Position numbers and translations under genes: made by a program. Under the pieces are notes generated by a model, which did not search any database, had not been told where the DNA came from, and saw only the letters and a program-made list of their open reading frames with translations. DNA of 64,000 bases from Spirochaetia bacterium (GTDB taxonomy: Bacteria; Spirochaetota; Spirochaetia; UBA9216), in the NCBI GenBank assembly GCA_965140585.1, contig OZ223269.1, positions 224,001 to 288,000 of the forward strand, read 5' to 3'. Position 1 is the stretch's first letter; every line of letters starts with the position of its first letter. Shown here piece after piece: positions 9,223 to 18,556 of this stretch.

Positions 9223-9585
9223 TTGCTTATACCTGCAATTATTTCAATTACTCTGGCTCTGGTCTTTTATACGATCGGAGTATGGGGTGAAAAACTTTCG
9301 GGCGGTCTTAAGGTTTGGAACTTATCAATGTTCTGGGCCGGGCTTGTTTTTGATACTGCCGGAACAGCAGCCATGTCTGCCGTTGCAGGTGCGATAAGCC
9401 TTAATCTGCATGCTTTAACCGGTTTAATAGCAATAATACTTATGATTTTTCATGCCTTATGGGCTACTGTTGTTATCATCAAAAAAAATGAAAAAATGAA
9501 GAAAACCTTTCACCGATTCAGTATTATTGTCTGGATAATCTGGCTGATACCTTATATTTCCGGCGCTATGCTTAATATGGGGTGA
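9223..9585 (+). CDS. Small 4-TM membrane protein (TIGR03987/HsmA-like)
   Basis: ALVFYTIGVW.E, GL.FD..GT..M, H..TG..A..LM..HA.WA, FHRFS..VW..WLIPY; AGGAG RBS with TTG start. Confidence 0.75.
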   Translation: MLIPAIISITLALVFYTIGVWGEKLSGGLKVWNLSMFWAGLVFDTAGTAAMSAVAGAISLNLHALTGLIAIILMIFHALWATVVIIKKNEKMKKTFHRFSIIVWIIWLIPYISGAMLNMG

Positions 9586-9665
9586 ATATTCGGGATTTTT
9601 AATTGTACTATGTAATATCAGGTAATCTGATAAAATAAATAATTTATAAATTACAGGAGATTTAG

Positions 9666-10274
9666 ATGGCAGGAAAGGGCATGAAATGGCTTATCCCGGT
9701 AGGTATTATCGTAGTAATAGTGCTTATCATCTATGGTTCATTTGCCGGAACCTATAACAAGATGGTAGCTCTTGATGAGGGTGTCAAATCAAGCTGGAGT
9801 CAGGTTGAAAACGTTTACCAGAGAAGATTTGATCTGATTCCCAATCTGGTAGAAACAGTTAAGGGCTATGCTGCGCAGGAAAAAGATACGCTTACTGCAG
9901 TTACAGAGGCAAGATCAAGAGCAGGCGGAGTTATGAATATATCCGATGAAGTCCTGAATGACCCTGAATCATTTGAGCGCTTTCAGCAGGCCCAGGGGGA
10001 ACTCAGCGGAGCTCTTCAAAGACTGCTTGTTGTAACTGAAAATTATCCTGAATTAAAGTCCAACCAGAACTTTCTGGCACTGCAGGATCAGCTTGAAGGA
10101 ACTGAAAACCGTATAGCTGTGGAGCGCCAGCGATTTAATGAGCAGGTTAAAACCTATAATACATACATCAAGCAATTTCCCAGAATGATAATCGCAAACC
10201 TTTCAGGTTTCAGGGAAAAACCGTATTTTGAAGCTTCAAGCGGCGCTGAGACTGCTCCGAAAGTTGAATTTTAG
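9666..10274 (+). CDS. lemA: LemA family protein
   Basis: N-terminal TM; YQRR.DLIPNLVETVKGYA, ENYPELK, LEGTENRIAVER. Confidence 0.95.
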   Translation: MAGKGMKWLIPVGIIVVIVLIIYGSFAGTYNKMVALDEGVKSSWSQVENVYQRRFDLIPNLVETVKGYAAQEKDTLTAVTEARSRAGGVMNISDEVLNDPESFERFQQAQGELSGALQRLLVVTENYPELKSNQNFLALQDQLEGTENRIAVERQRFNEQVKTYNTYIKQFPRMIIANLSGFREKPYFEASSGAETAPKVEF

Positions 10275-10283
10275 GAAGGTTTC

Positions 10284-10958
10284 ATGAAATCATTCAGATT
10301 CACAGAAGATGAAATCAAAAAGTTAAATGTAGCTGCAGCTTCGGTGGAGAAGAAGAGTTCAGGTGAAGTTGTAACTGCTGTGATAAGGGAGAGCTCCGAT
10401 TATAATTATTATGAGCTTATGTTCTCACTTATTGTCGGGGCTGTTTACTTTATTGTAATGCTGCTTCTTTATAAACCTGTAAGCACCTGGATAAACGGAT
10501 TCACCTGGAATCCGCAGATGTGGTGGATACCGCTTTTTTATGGACTCAGCACCGCAGCTGTTGTAAGTATTTGCTACTTTCTTGCGAATATTCCAGGTTT
10601 TGACAGAATAATAGTTCCTTCAGCAGTGATAAGCAAAAAGGTTCACAGACGGGCACTGGCTTGTTTTTCCGAATCAGGAATTCGTATGACTGCTGACCGA
10701 ACCGGAATTTTATTTTATCTCTCACTGAGAGAAAGACGACTTGAGATTCTTGCTGACAGCGGCATTTCCGGAAAGGTAGACCCCTGTTTCTGGGATACAG
10801 TTCTAAAGGAAGTTGTATCAGAAATAAAGGCAGGAAAAGCTGCAGCAGGGCTTGAAAAGGCCATATATAAATGCGGTGAAGAGCTTGAGAAACATTTTCC
10901 TGTTCAAAAAGATGATATAAATGAACTTCCCGACGGCATAATTTTCCTGGAGGATTGA
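10284..10958 (+). CDS. TPM-domain membrane protein (lemA operon partner)
   Basis: E..SSGEVV, T..RTGIL.Y.S..E..LEILAD.GI, HFP....D.NELPD. Confidence 0.88.
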   Translation: MKSFRFTEDEIKKLNVAAASVEKKSSGEVVTAVIRESSDYNYYELMFSLIVGAVYFIVMLLLYKPVSTWINGFTWNPQMWWIPLFYGLSTAAVVSICYFLANIPGFDRIIVPSAVISKKVHRRALACFSESGIRMTADRTGILFYLSLRERRLEILADSGISGKVDPCFWDTVLKEVVSEIKAGKAAAGLEKAIYKCGEELEKHFPVQKDDINELPDGIIFLED

Positions 10959-10961
10959 CGT

Positions 10962-11780
10962 ATGAGCATAAAAAATAAAATTAGAACAATCCTTGCGGTC
11001 TGTTTGCTTCTTCTTATTACGGGCCCGGTACTATTCGGTTTGAGCATTCCTAAGCTTGACGGTCCGGTTGTAGATGATGCAGGAGTCCTCTCTCGTTCGC
11101 AGGAAACTGAAATAGAGAAGATTATTGTTGATCTGGAAAGTTCCACTTCTGCACAGGTTGCACTTTTGACAGTTAAAAGTCTGGAAGGCAACTCTATAGA
11201 AGAGTATTCTCTTAAAGTTGCTGAAACCTGGAAGCTGGGGCAGGCCGACAGGGATAATGGTCTTCTAATTCTTCTGTCTACCGGGGAAAAGAAGGTCAGG
11301 ATTGAGGTTGGATATGGTCTTGAAGGTGTTATGACTGATGCAAAATCAGGTTATATAATCCGTGAAGTGATGCTTCCTTATTTTAGAAACGGTGATTATG
11401 CCGGAGGCTTATACGCTGCCGTTAGTACAGTAAGTGGTGTGATTACACAGACTTCCGACATTTCAGAAGAAGAACTGGCAAAATACCGTAAAACCCAGAG
11501 TTCGTCATCGAGCCGCGGAGGCGGTATTCCCTTCGGATTTATTGTATTCATTATTTTTATAATCCTGTCCACTATAGGAAGAGGCGGCAGAGGTGGCCGA
11601 AGAGGACGGCGCGGAAGTATTTGGTCGGCACTTTTCTGGGGTTCCATGCTCGGGTCATCAGGACGCTCCCATCGGGGAGGTTTTGGAGGCAGCAGCGGCT
11701 TCGGCGGAGGCGGCGGTTTCGGAGGATTTTCCGGAGGTGGAGGAGGCTTTGGCGGAGGCGGTGCTTCCGGCGGCTGGTAA
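10962..11780 (+). CDS. TPM-domain (YgcG-like) protein with Gly-rich tail
   Basis: VVDDAGVLS, W.LG....DNG.L, RIEVGYGLEG..TD, C-terminal FGGGGASGGW. Confidence 0.92.
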   Translation: MSIKNKIRTILAVCLLLLITGPVLFGLSIPKLDGPVVDDAGVLSRSQETEIEKIIVDLESSTSAQVALLTVKSLEGNSIEEYSLKVAETWKLGQADRDNGLLILLSTGEKKVRIEVGYGLEGVMTDAKSGYIIREVMLPYFRNGDYAGGLYAAVSTVSGVITQTSDISEEELAKYRKTQSSSSSRGGGIPFGFIVFIIFIILSTIGRGGRGGRRGRRGSIWSALFWGSMLGSSGRSHRGGFGGSSGFGGGGGFGGFSGGGGGFGGGGASGGW

Positions 11781-11788
11781 TGATATTA

Positions 11789-11823
11789 GGGGACTGACTT
11801 ACTTTAAGTCGGTCCTTTTTTTT
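11789..11823 (+). terminator. Rho-independent terminator
   Basis: GGACTGACTTA-CTT-TAAGTCGGTCC followed by T8. Confidence 0.85.
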
Positions 11824-11879
11824 GCAATTTCATTTTATTGACAGGAGATTCTTATTAAAATAAATTAAACTAATTAAGC

Positions 11880-12340
11880 GGTACTTATATTGCTGATATT
11901 AGTGATAAAATCCTTAATATCACTGATGGAAACAAGAATACTGCTTGAACCAAAGCTGCAGAACTGGCAGCAGAAAGAATTACCGATAAGGAACTTGATT
12001 CGATAATAAGTGCGGATAGAATTTTTAGTTCACACGTATTAGAAACTGCCATATCCGTTGAGTATGATTTTTTTCCACCTTGAAATTGTAGGAATCTCTA
12101 AGAGTCCAGTCCTGATCTCACTTTCTTCCTTATATAACAAGGCAACTGATAGAGTTGTGGAAGAGTTACGGCGATGATAACCCGGTTTCATCAGCATCGA
12201 GAATAGAATCAACCGTTTTAAGACATCAGCAGATTATTAACTGCCTCGCAGAAAAAAACAGCGGAAAAGCAGGTGTTGTGATGAAGCAGCATCTTGACGG
12301 CAGTATGAAGTATATAAGTCATTTAATTATAAGAGGAGAA
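11880..12340 (+). pseudogene. FadR/GntR regulator remnant (FCD domain only; boundaries approximate)
   Basis: Frameshifted fragments LMETRILLEP/AELAAERITDKEL, D..FHLEI..ISKSPVL, H..I..CL....A...M..HL; no HTH found. Confidence 0.7.
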
Positions 12341-12343
12341 GTT

Positions 12344-13166
12344 ATGAGTGTTATTGAGGAAATGTTAGGGTATAAGGGCCGGATTGTTGCTATCACAGGC
12401 GGAGCAGGTGTAATTTCCGGTTTTATGGCTGAAGGTTTTCTGCAGGCCGGTGCAAATGTATTATTGTGTGGCCGTAATATTATTAACCTTACAACCGCCT
12501 CTTAAAAAATTAAAGAGCGGAATCCTGATGCCCAGGAGAAGTTATCTATAATTAAGGCTGATTGTAATGTAAAAGATGAAATCTATGCAGTCTTATAGTT
12601 CAGTCTGTGAAAAAAATCCTGCTCCTGATTTACTGATAAACGGTGCAAGAGGAAACAGGGAAAAGTGTGTTTTTAATAAACAGGATATAAAGCTCTTTAT
12701 GGAGATTGTGGAGATGAATCTGATAGGAGGTATGGTTCTGCCGGTACAGGTTTTTACTTCTGAGTGGATAAAGCAGGGAATAAAGGGCAGTATTATCAAC
12801 ATTTCTTCATTGACGGCATACAAGGGATTATCAGGTACATGGACGCATAATGCTGCAAAGTCTGCTGTTGTGAATCTAACTCAGGGACTGGCCAAAGAAT
12901 TTGCAGAGAGAGGCATACGTGTTAATTTAATTTCATCGGGATTTTTTGTGGGTAAACAGAATCATGATCTTCTTATTAAGCAGGACAGTTCTCTCTTGCT
13001 GACAGATAGGGTCCGAATGATTATTGAGAGAACCCCTATGGGCAGATTTGGAGACTTTGATGAGCTGAAGGGAACGGTTCTTTTCCTGGGAAGCAATAAG
13101 GCTTCCGGGTTTGTTACAGGTAACGATATACCCGTGGACGGCGGTTTTTTATCGGATAATATTTAG
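12344..13166 (+). pseudogene. SDR oxidoreductase pseudogene (mannonate/gluconate-5-dehydrogenase-like)
   Basis: TGGAGVIS Rossmann motif; TAA at 12503; frameshift near 12590; catalytic YxxxK reads HNAAK; RTPMGRFG. Confidence 0.85.
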
Positions 13167-13177
13167 GAAAGCAGGCT

Positions 13178-13960
13178 GTGTTAAAAATAAAATTTGAATT
13201 GCTGAAACGCTATATTTCAAAAAACTTTCAGGCTTACGGACTTTCAGAGGAAGACGCTGAAATCACTGCTGACGTTCTTATTACAGCTGGTAAGCGTAGG
13301 AATACCTTCTCACAGTATTGCGAGGTTCTGGCGCTATCTTAACGGCATTGAGGGGGAATTATGCTTCCTTCGTCAATACCTGAGGTTGTACGGGAAACTT
13401 CCGCTTCGATTGTGTACGACGCTAAAGGTGCGCTCGGAGCTCCTGTAAGCTTTTAGGCAATGGAAACCGTTATCAGAAAGGCGGCTTCCTGCGGAACTGC
13501 CTTTACTTCTGTTAAAGATTCAAATCATTTCGGGATAGCCGAATATTACGCAATTATGGCGCTGTAGCATGATATGATTGGGATCTGCATGACAAATACA
13601 GCCGCACTTGGTGTTCCGACATTTGGCAGGGATGTGATGTACGGTACCAATCCGATATCTATTGCAGTATCAGCGGATGAGGAAACATCAACCAGAGTTG
13701 CTCATTTTTTCGGGGCAATGCGTATTGATATGTTCAGGGATATAGAAGCCTTTAAAAAGTATATGGACTGTATGCTAAGGGAATTGCGGATTGCACGGCC
13801 GGCTGAAGGAGCTGACAGAGTATATTATGCGGGCTTAAAAGAAAAGCTGAATGAGATTGAATCAATGAAATCAGGAATCAGTTTATATAAGAAGGTTTGG
13901 GCTTCGGTGACAGTCTTTGGTGAGAAAAAAAGGATTCCTATTCCCCAATTTTTGAGCTGA
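13178..13960 (+). pseudogene. Ldh_2 family (malate/L-lactate/2,3-diketogulonate reductase type) pseudogene
   Basis: RGIPSH, SNHFG, GTNPISIA motifs split by frameshifts and TAG stops; apparent internal deletion after ADEE. Confidence 0.85.
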
Positions 13961-13989
13961 TTTTATAATTTGATATTATGGTTTGTGAT

Positions 13990-14042
13990 AAAAAAAGGCT
14001 GTCCAACATCAGTTTTTACCTGATTATCGGACAGCCTTTTTT
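13990..14042. terminator. Bidirectional terminator
   Basis: AAAAAAGGCTGTCC...GGACAGCCTTTTTT between convergent genes. Confidence 0.8.
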
Positions 14043-14059
14043 GTTTCGTAAACAGTTAA

Positions 14060-15097
14060 TTATTCGAACATTACTCCGAGAGCTTCATCAACCCAGGCTT
14101 TTCCGCCTACACCGTCGTAGAAATCGGGCCATATCGACTGAGCATTTTTCTGCCAGACTTCCTCATCATTAGGAGCACCGCTGAGAATCATGCCGGCATC
14201 GATACATTTCTTGATTGCTTCGTCCTTAAGCCCTGCGGCAAATGCTCTTTCCCAGGTAACTGCATCCTGTCCGGCTTTAGCTACCTGTTCCTGAAGATCC
14301 GCAGGAAGTTTACTGTAGAATTTCTCGCTGATAAGAAGAGGTCCTGTCCAAAGCATGTAATGAATTTCTGTCACGTATTTCTGAACTTCTTCAAACTTAA
14401 CTGCGGGAATAGTTGTATAAGGGTTTTCCTGTCCGTCGATTACACCCTGCTGAAGTGCTGTAAATACTTCACCCCATGCCATAGGAACCGGATCAATACC
14501 CCAGGACTTGAAAGTCTTGATAGGAAGTTCTGAAGGACTTACACGTATTTTAAGACCCTTGAGATCATCAATAGTCTCAACAGGTTTTTTAGAGTTGGTA
14601 AGAACTCTGAATCCTTTTTCAAAGAAACCGAGGTTTCTGATTCCTGCTTCCTTGATAATTCTTTCGTTCATTCCGGGAACAACTGCATCAAGTGCGTACC
14701 ATGCTTCTTCACTGTTTTTGAAAAGGTAGGGAAGCATTACAACACCGATTGATGGTGCAAGTGATTGAGCGTTACCGGTATAAACGATTCCTGCCTCGAT
14801 AGCGCCTGATCTGAGTGACTGAACAATTTCCTGTTCATCACCAAGCTGTCCGTTAGGATAAAGTTCAACTTTTACTCTTCCTTCAGTATAGCTTTCTACA
14901 AGTTCCTTGAACTTTTCGGCAGCCGGCTGAAGCGGGTCTGATGTTGTAACACCGTGAGCGAGTTTAAGTGTGTAAACTTTTCCGGAATCAGCTGCTCCTG
15001 AAGAAGCTTCCTGATCTCCTCCTGCAAAAACGTTACCAGCAGCAATGCTGAAAATTAAAGCTGCTGTCAACAGGATTATACCTGTTCTCTTTTTCAT
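14060..15097 (-). CDS. dctP: TRAP transporter substrate-binding protein
   Basis: Signal peptide; YPNGQLG.E, DLKGLKIRV (carboxylate Arg), EVFTALQQGVIDGQEN. Confidence 0.95.
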   Translation of the reverse strand: MKKRTGIILLTAALIFSIAAGNVFAGGDQEASSGAADSGKVYTLKLAHGVTTSDPLQPAAEKFKELVESYTEGRVKVELYPNGQLGDEQEIVQSLRSGAIEAGIVYTGNAQSLAPSIGVVMLPYLFKNSEEAWYALDAVVPGMNERIIKEAGIRNLGFFEKGFRVLTNSKKPVETIDDLKGLKIRVSPSELPIKTFKSWGIDPVPMAWGEVFTALQQGVIDGQENPYTTIPAVKFEEVQKYVTEIHYMLWTGPLLISEKFYSKLPADLQEQVAKAGQDAVTWERAFAAGLKDEAIKKCIDAGMILSGAPNDEEVWQKNAQSIWPDFYDGVGGKAWVDEALGVMFE

Positions 15098-15140
15098 AAG
15101 ATCCTCCTCTTATATTATATTTCATTTAAAATCATTTCTG

Positions 15141-16424
15141 CTACATACCAATCAGGTTGGGCAGAAATGATGTTATTTGCGGTATTAAGCTGACCATGAT
15201 AAGGGCAGCACTTTCGACTCCTACAAAGATAAGTGCTTCCTTACTGATTCCTTCAATGCTGGATTTGGATATTTCACTTGCCACAAAAAGGTTTATTCCA
15301 AGCGGCGGTGTTTCAAATCCTATTTCACAGGCAATAACAAACATTATTCCGAACTGTACCGGATCGATGCCGAGACTGGTCACGACCGGAAGCAACAGTG
15401 GTGTGAGAATGATAATCTGTGTAGCGCTTTCCATCCACATACCGATAAAGATAAGAAGAAAATCTATCATGAGTATAAGCAGTATAGGATTCTTTATATG
15501 GGTGATAAGGAACTCTGATGTAAGCTGCGGGATCTGATAGATAGACAGCAGCCGTCCGAGCATGGTTCCTGTCGCCATAACTATAAGAACTGTTCCTGAT
15601 GTCTTTGTTGCGTCGATAACAGAATTGCGGAACTCCTTCCATGAATAATCACGGTAAACCACGACTGAAATAAACAGGGAGTAAAGGACTGCAATAACAG
15701 AAGCCTCTGTGACTGTAACTACTCCTGTGTAGATGCCGCCAAGAATAATTACCGGAGCAAGAAGAGCCCATTTTGCATTCCAGATGCTCTTCAGCAGATC
15801 TTTTTTGCTTGCTTTCCCGGTTCCGGACTTGTAGCCCCTTTTCCGGCTGACAAAGAAAACTGCCAGGATTAGAAATAGTCCCAGAATGAGACCAGGAATA
15901 ATACCGCTGATGAACATTCTGGTAATCGAAGCTTCGGCTGATACTCCATAGATTATCATCAGGATACTCGGCGGAATAACAGCGCCGATTCCTCCTGCAC
16001 AGGCAGTAACAGCCCCTGCAAACTCTTTCTTGTAGCCTTCATTGACCATGGTAGGGATAAGCATTGCTCCGATTGCTGCTGTGGTGGCAACACCGGAACC
16101 GGATATGGCAGCAAAGAGAGTACATGCAAGAACTGCAACCATTGCCAGCCCGCCTGAGACATTACCTATTACAGCCCGTGCAAATCCGACGAGCCGTTCC
16201 GTCAGGCCTCCTCTTTCCATAATGGAACCTGCAAGAACGAACATTGGAACTGCTATAACTGTAAAATCATTCACGGCGTCAAATGCAGTCTGTGCCATAT
16301 AGCTCAGAGGCATACCGGCCATAAGAAATCCGGTAATTGATGCAACACCGAGAGAAACTGCAACAGGAACACCTGCAAGCAGGGCAACAATGAAAATAAC
16401 CGTAATTATAAGTATAACCATCAC
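15141..16424 (-). CDS. dctM: TRAP transporter large permease
   Basis: AVPMFVLAG, FAAISGSG.A, IPPSI, TPPLG.NLFV. Confidence 0.95.
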   Translation of the reverse strand: MMVILIITVIFIVALLAGVPVAVSLGVASITGFLMAGMPLSYMAQTAFDAVNDFTVIAVPMFVLAGSIMERGGLTERLVGFARAVIGNVSGGLAMVAVLACTLFAAISGSGVATTAAIGAMLIPTMVNEGYKKEFAGAVTACAGGIGAVIPPSILMIIYGVSAEASITRMFISGIIPGLILGLFLILAVFFVSRKRGYKSGTGKASKKDLLKSIWNAKWALLAPVIILGGIYTGVVTVTEASVIAVLYSLFISVVVYRDYSWKEFRNSVIDATKTSGTVLIVMATGTMLGRLLSIYQIPQLTSEFLITHIKNPILLILMIDFLLIFIGMWMESATQIIILTPLLLPVVTSLGIDPVQFGIMFVIACEIGFETPPLGINLFVASEISKSSIEGISKEALIFVGVESAALIMVSLIPQITSFLPNLIGM

Positions 16425-16433
16425 TTAACTCCC

Positions 16434-16943
16434 TTAATCCACACCAAGTCTGGAGTCAGTGATTTCAAAATCATCATGACTTTTCAGTCTTCGAATCATA
16501 TTAACAATTACCCATGCCGCCATTGTTATGAAAGAAAGCGGAATTATTGCGTAAATAGCTACCATATTGATTCCAGTTGTATTGGAACGGATAGGAAATT
16601 CAAACATTTCAGCAACCATCATTACCCCCAGGGTTCCCATAACAAGCGAGAATGCAGCCCAGATAATATCACCAATGGTTATTACTATTTTCTGTATTTT
16701 TACAGGAAGTTTATTTAGCTGAACTGTAACTCTGATATGCTTATCTTCTCTGGCTCCAAGCATGCAGCCGAAATAGATAATCCATATAAAAAACCATCGC
16801 GATACTTCTTCAGACCAGCTGACTGATTTGTTTACTACATAACGCAGAAAAATCTGCATGCTAAGCAAAAAAATCAGTACTATGAAAAAAACAGTAGTCA
16901 GAAGAGAGTCGGCGGAATATAAGATATTCTTTTTTTTAGCCAT
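16434..16943 (-). CDS. dctQ: TRAP transporter small permease
   Basis: 4 TM; RYV....SWSEE.SR, HIRV. Confidence 0.93.
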   Translation of the reverse strand: MAKKKNILYSADSLLTTVFFIVLIFLLSMQIFLRYVVNKSVSWSEEVSRWFFIWIIYFGCMLGAREDKHIRVTVQLNKLPVKIQKIVITIGDIIWAAFSLVMGTLGVMMVAEMFEFPIRSNTTGINMVAIYAIIPLSFITMAAWVIVNMIRRLKSHDDFEITDSRLGVD

Positions 16944-17035
16944 ATCATCTCCGAAAAATTGTAACTGGATTAGTGTTGAGATTATATGTCCGGTAAATTG
17001 AGGTGTAAATTCAGTTATTTAATGAATTCTTATAA

Positions 17036-18556
17036 TTATTTAAGGTTCCCGCCTGTAATTTTCTTTTTATAGGCTCCTGGACTCAATCCTGTCTGTTTTT
17101 TAAATACTGAATTGAAATATGCTGGATTGTTGTAGCCGACTTCATAGCATATTTCATATATCATGAAATCGGATGCCGCAATCAGATCCCGGGCTTTTTG
17201 AATCCTGAACCTTGTAAGCATTTCCTTAAAGGTTTCATCGCCGTAGTTGTTGAAAATATTGCATAAATGTCCGCTGCTTATGTTGAATTTATCCGCAGTG
17301 CCCTGAAGACTCAACGCACTGTCCGACAGATTCTGCTTCATATAGGCAATTACCTTATCGAGCAGCAGCTGCTGGCTGCCACCCCTTCTCATTGAGAGGT
17401 ATGACATAATCATACTAAGATTCTTTTTCAGTTCGTTGAACATTTCCTCCATAGTCGGACATGAAGTAATCTGCCGGTAGACTTCCATAGCGTTCTCAAA
17501 GAGTTCTGCTGATGAGCCGCCTGCAAGATCCACTATTTTGAGTGATTCAGAAAAAATATTTCCGGTTATCATCAGTCCGTAGGCAAAGGAGTCCTTGCCC
17601 ATTCTGGCAGTATTTTTAATAAGAGATTCAATACTGCTGTTTAATTCATCCACGGTACCGGTTTTTAGAGCCGACAGGATAATGCTGTAATCGAAGGCAT
17701 TTGATTCGGGATTTTCCTCCAGTTTTTCATCTTCATGTTCTTCATGGTAAAAAGTTTTATTTTTGCCTTTCAGAAATTTTCTGGAAACAGCGTTTTCGGC
17801 GGCAAGGCGTGAGGTGTTAAGATTTTCGATTCCCTCGACCGGGTCTCCAATCCCTATAGTAATTGAATACTTGCTGCAGAAATCATCACTTCGAAGGCTC
17901 TTTATAAGATTTCTTGTATTTTTTGCCAGCAGAGCCTCGTTAGGAGCTGAAACTGTGATTATAAGTTCACCGTTTCGTCTTTCGAGTACAAAGATATTCT
18001 CTGCAGAAACTGTGTGTTTTTCCAGACATTTATAGAAATCGTCTGCTTTTCCGGTTGTCGTATTATAATCATCCATCTGTATCACAATTATCCTGAAGTT
18101 ATCACTGCTGTTGAAATCAGCCCTGTTTTCAAGTCTGAGCATGATATCACGGAGTGTTTTCTCTATGCTTGTCTTTCTGTTTTTATCTATGAGCTCTTTT
18201 CTTTTGAGCAGTGCGTTTTCAAGTTCATAATCATCAAGCGGTTTTAGAAGAAATTCCGAGACTCCCAGCCGGACGGCCTTTCTGGCGTATTCGAACTCAT
18301 CATGACCGCTTATTATAATGAAGTGAATATCAGGTTTAATTTCCTTTGCCTCAGCTATAAACTCAAGCCCGTCTATGTATGGCATTCGTATATCAGTTAC
18401 GACGATATCCGGTTTCTGTATTCTTACCAGCTCAAGGGCTTCCCGACCGTCGGAGGCAAGCCCGACAACGTTCATCCCTATCCGATCCCAGTTTACATCA
18501 GCGACCAGGCCTTCTCTGAAAAGCTGCTCATCATCAGCTATTATTACTTTGATCAT
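17036..18556 (-). CDS. Response regulator, REC plus AraC HTH (YesN-like)
   Basis: IADDE, TDIRMP.IDG, FLLKP; C-terminal VGYNNPAYF..VFKK.TG.SP. Confidence 0.93.
   Translation of the reverse strand: MIKVIIADDEQLFREGLVADVNWDRIGMNVVGLASDGREALELVRIQKPDIVVTDIRMPYIDGLEFIAEAKEIKPDIHFIIISGHDEFEYARKAVRLGVSEFLLKPLDDYELENALLKRKELIDKNRKTSIEKTLRDIMLRLENRADFNSSDNFRIIVIQMDDYNTTTGKADDFYKCLEKHTVSAENIFVLERRNGELIITVSAPNEALLAKNTRNLIKSLRSDDFCSKYSITIGIGDPVEGIENLNTSRLAAENAVSRKFLKGKNKTFYHEEHEDEKLEENPESNAFDYSIILSALKTGTVDELNSSIESLIKNTARMGKDSFAYGLMITGNIFSESLKIVDLAGGSSAELFENAMEVYRQITSCPTMEEMFNELKKNLSMIMSYLSMRRGGSQQLLLDKVIAYMKQNLSDSALSLQGTADKFNISSGHLCNIFNNYGDETFKEMLTRFRIQKARDLIAASDFMIYEICYEVGYNNPAYFNSVFKKQTGLSPGAYKKKITGGNLK

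Noticed and set aside
11575-11780. GGC/GGA-rich low-complexity repeat
   Set aside because: Encodes the normal Gly-rich tail of TPM/YgcG proteins
12155-12505. 116-aa ORF that looks like a regulator-SDR fusion
   Set aside because: Artefact of pseudogene decay: the FCD remnant reads through into the SDR start, which then hits TAA
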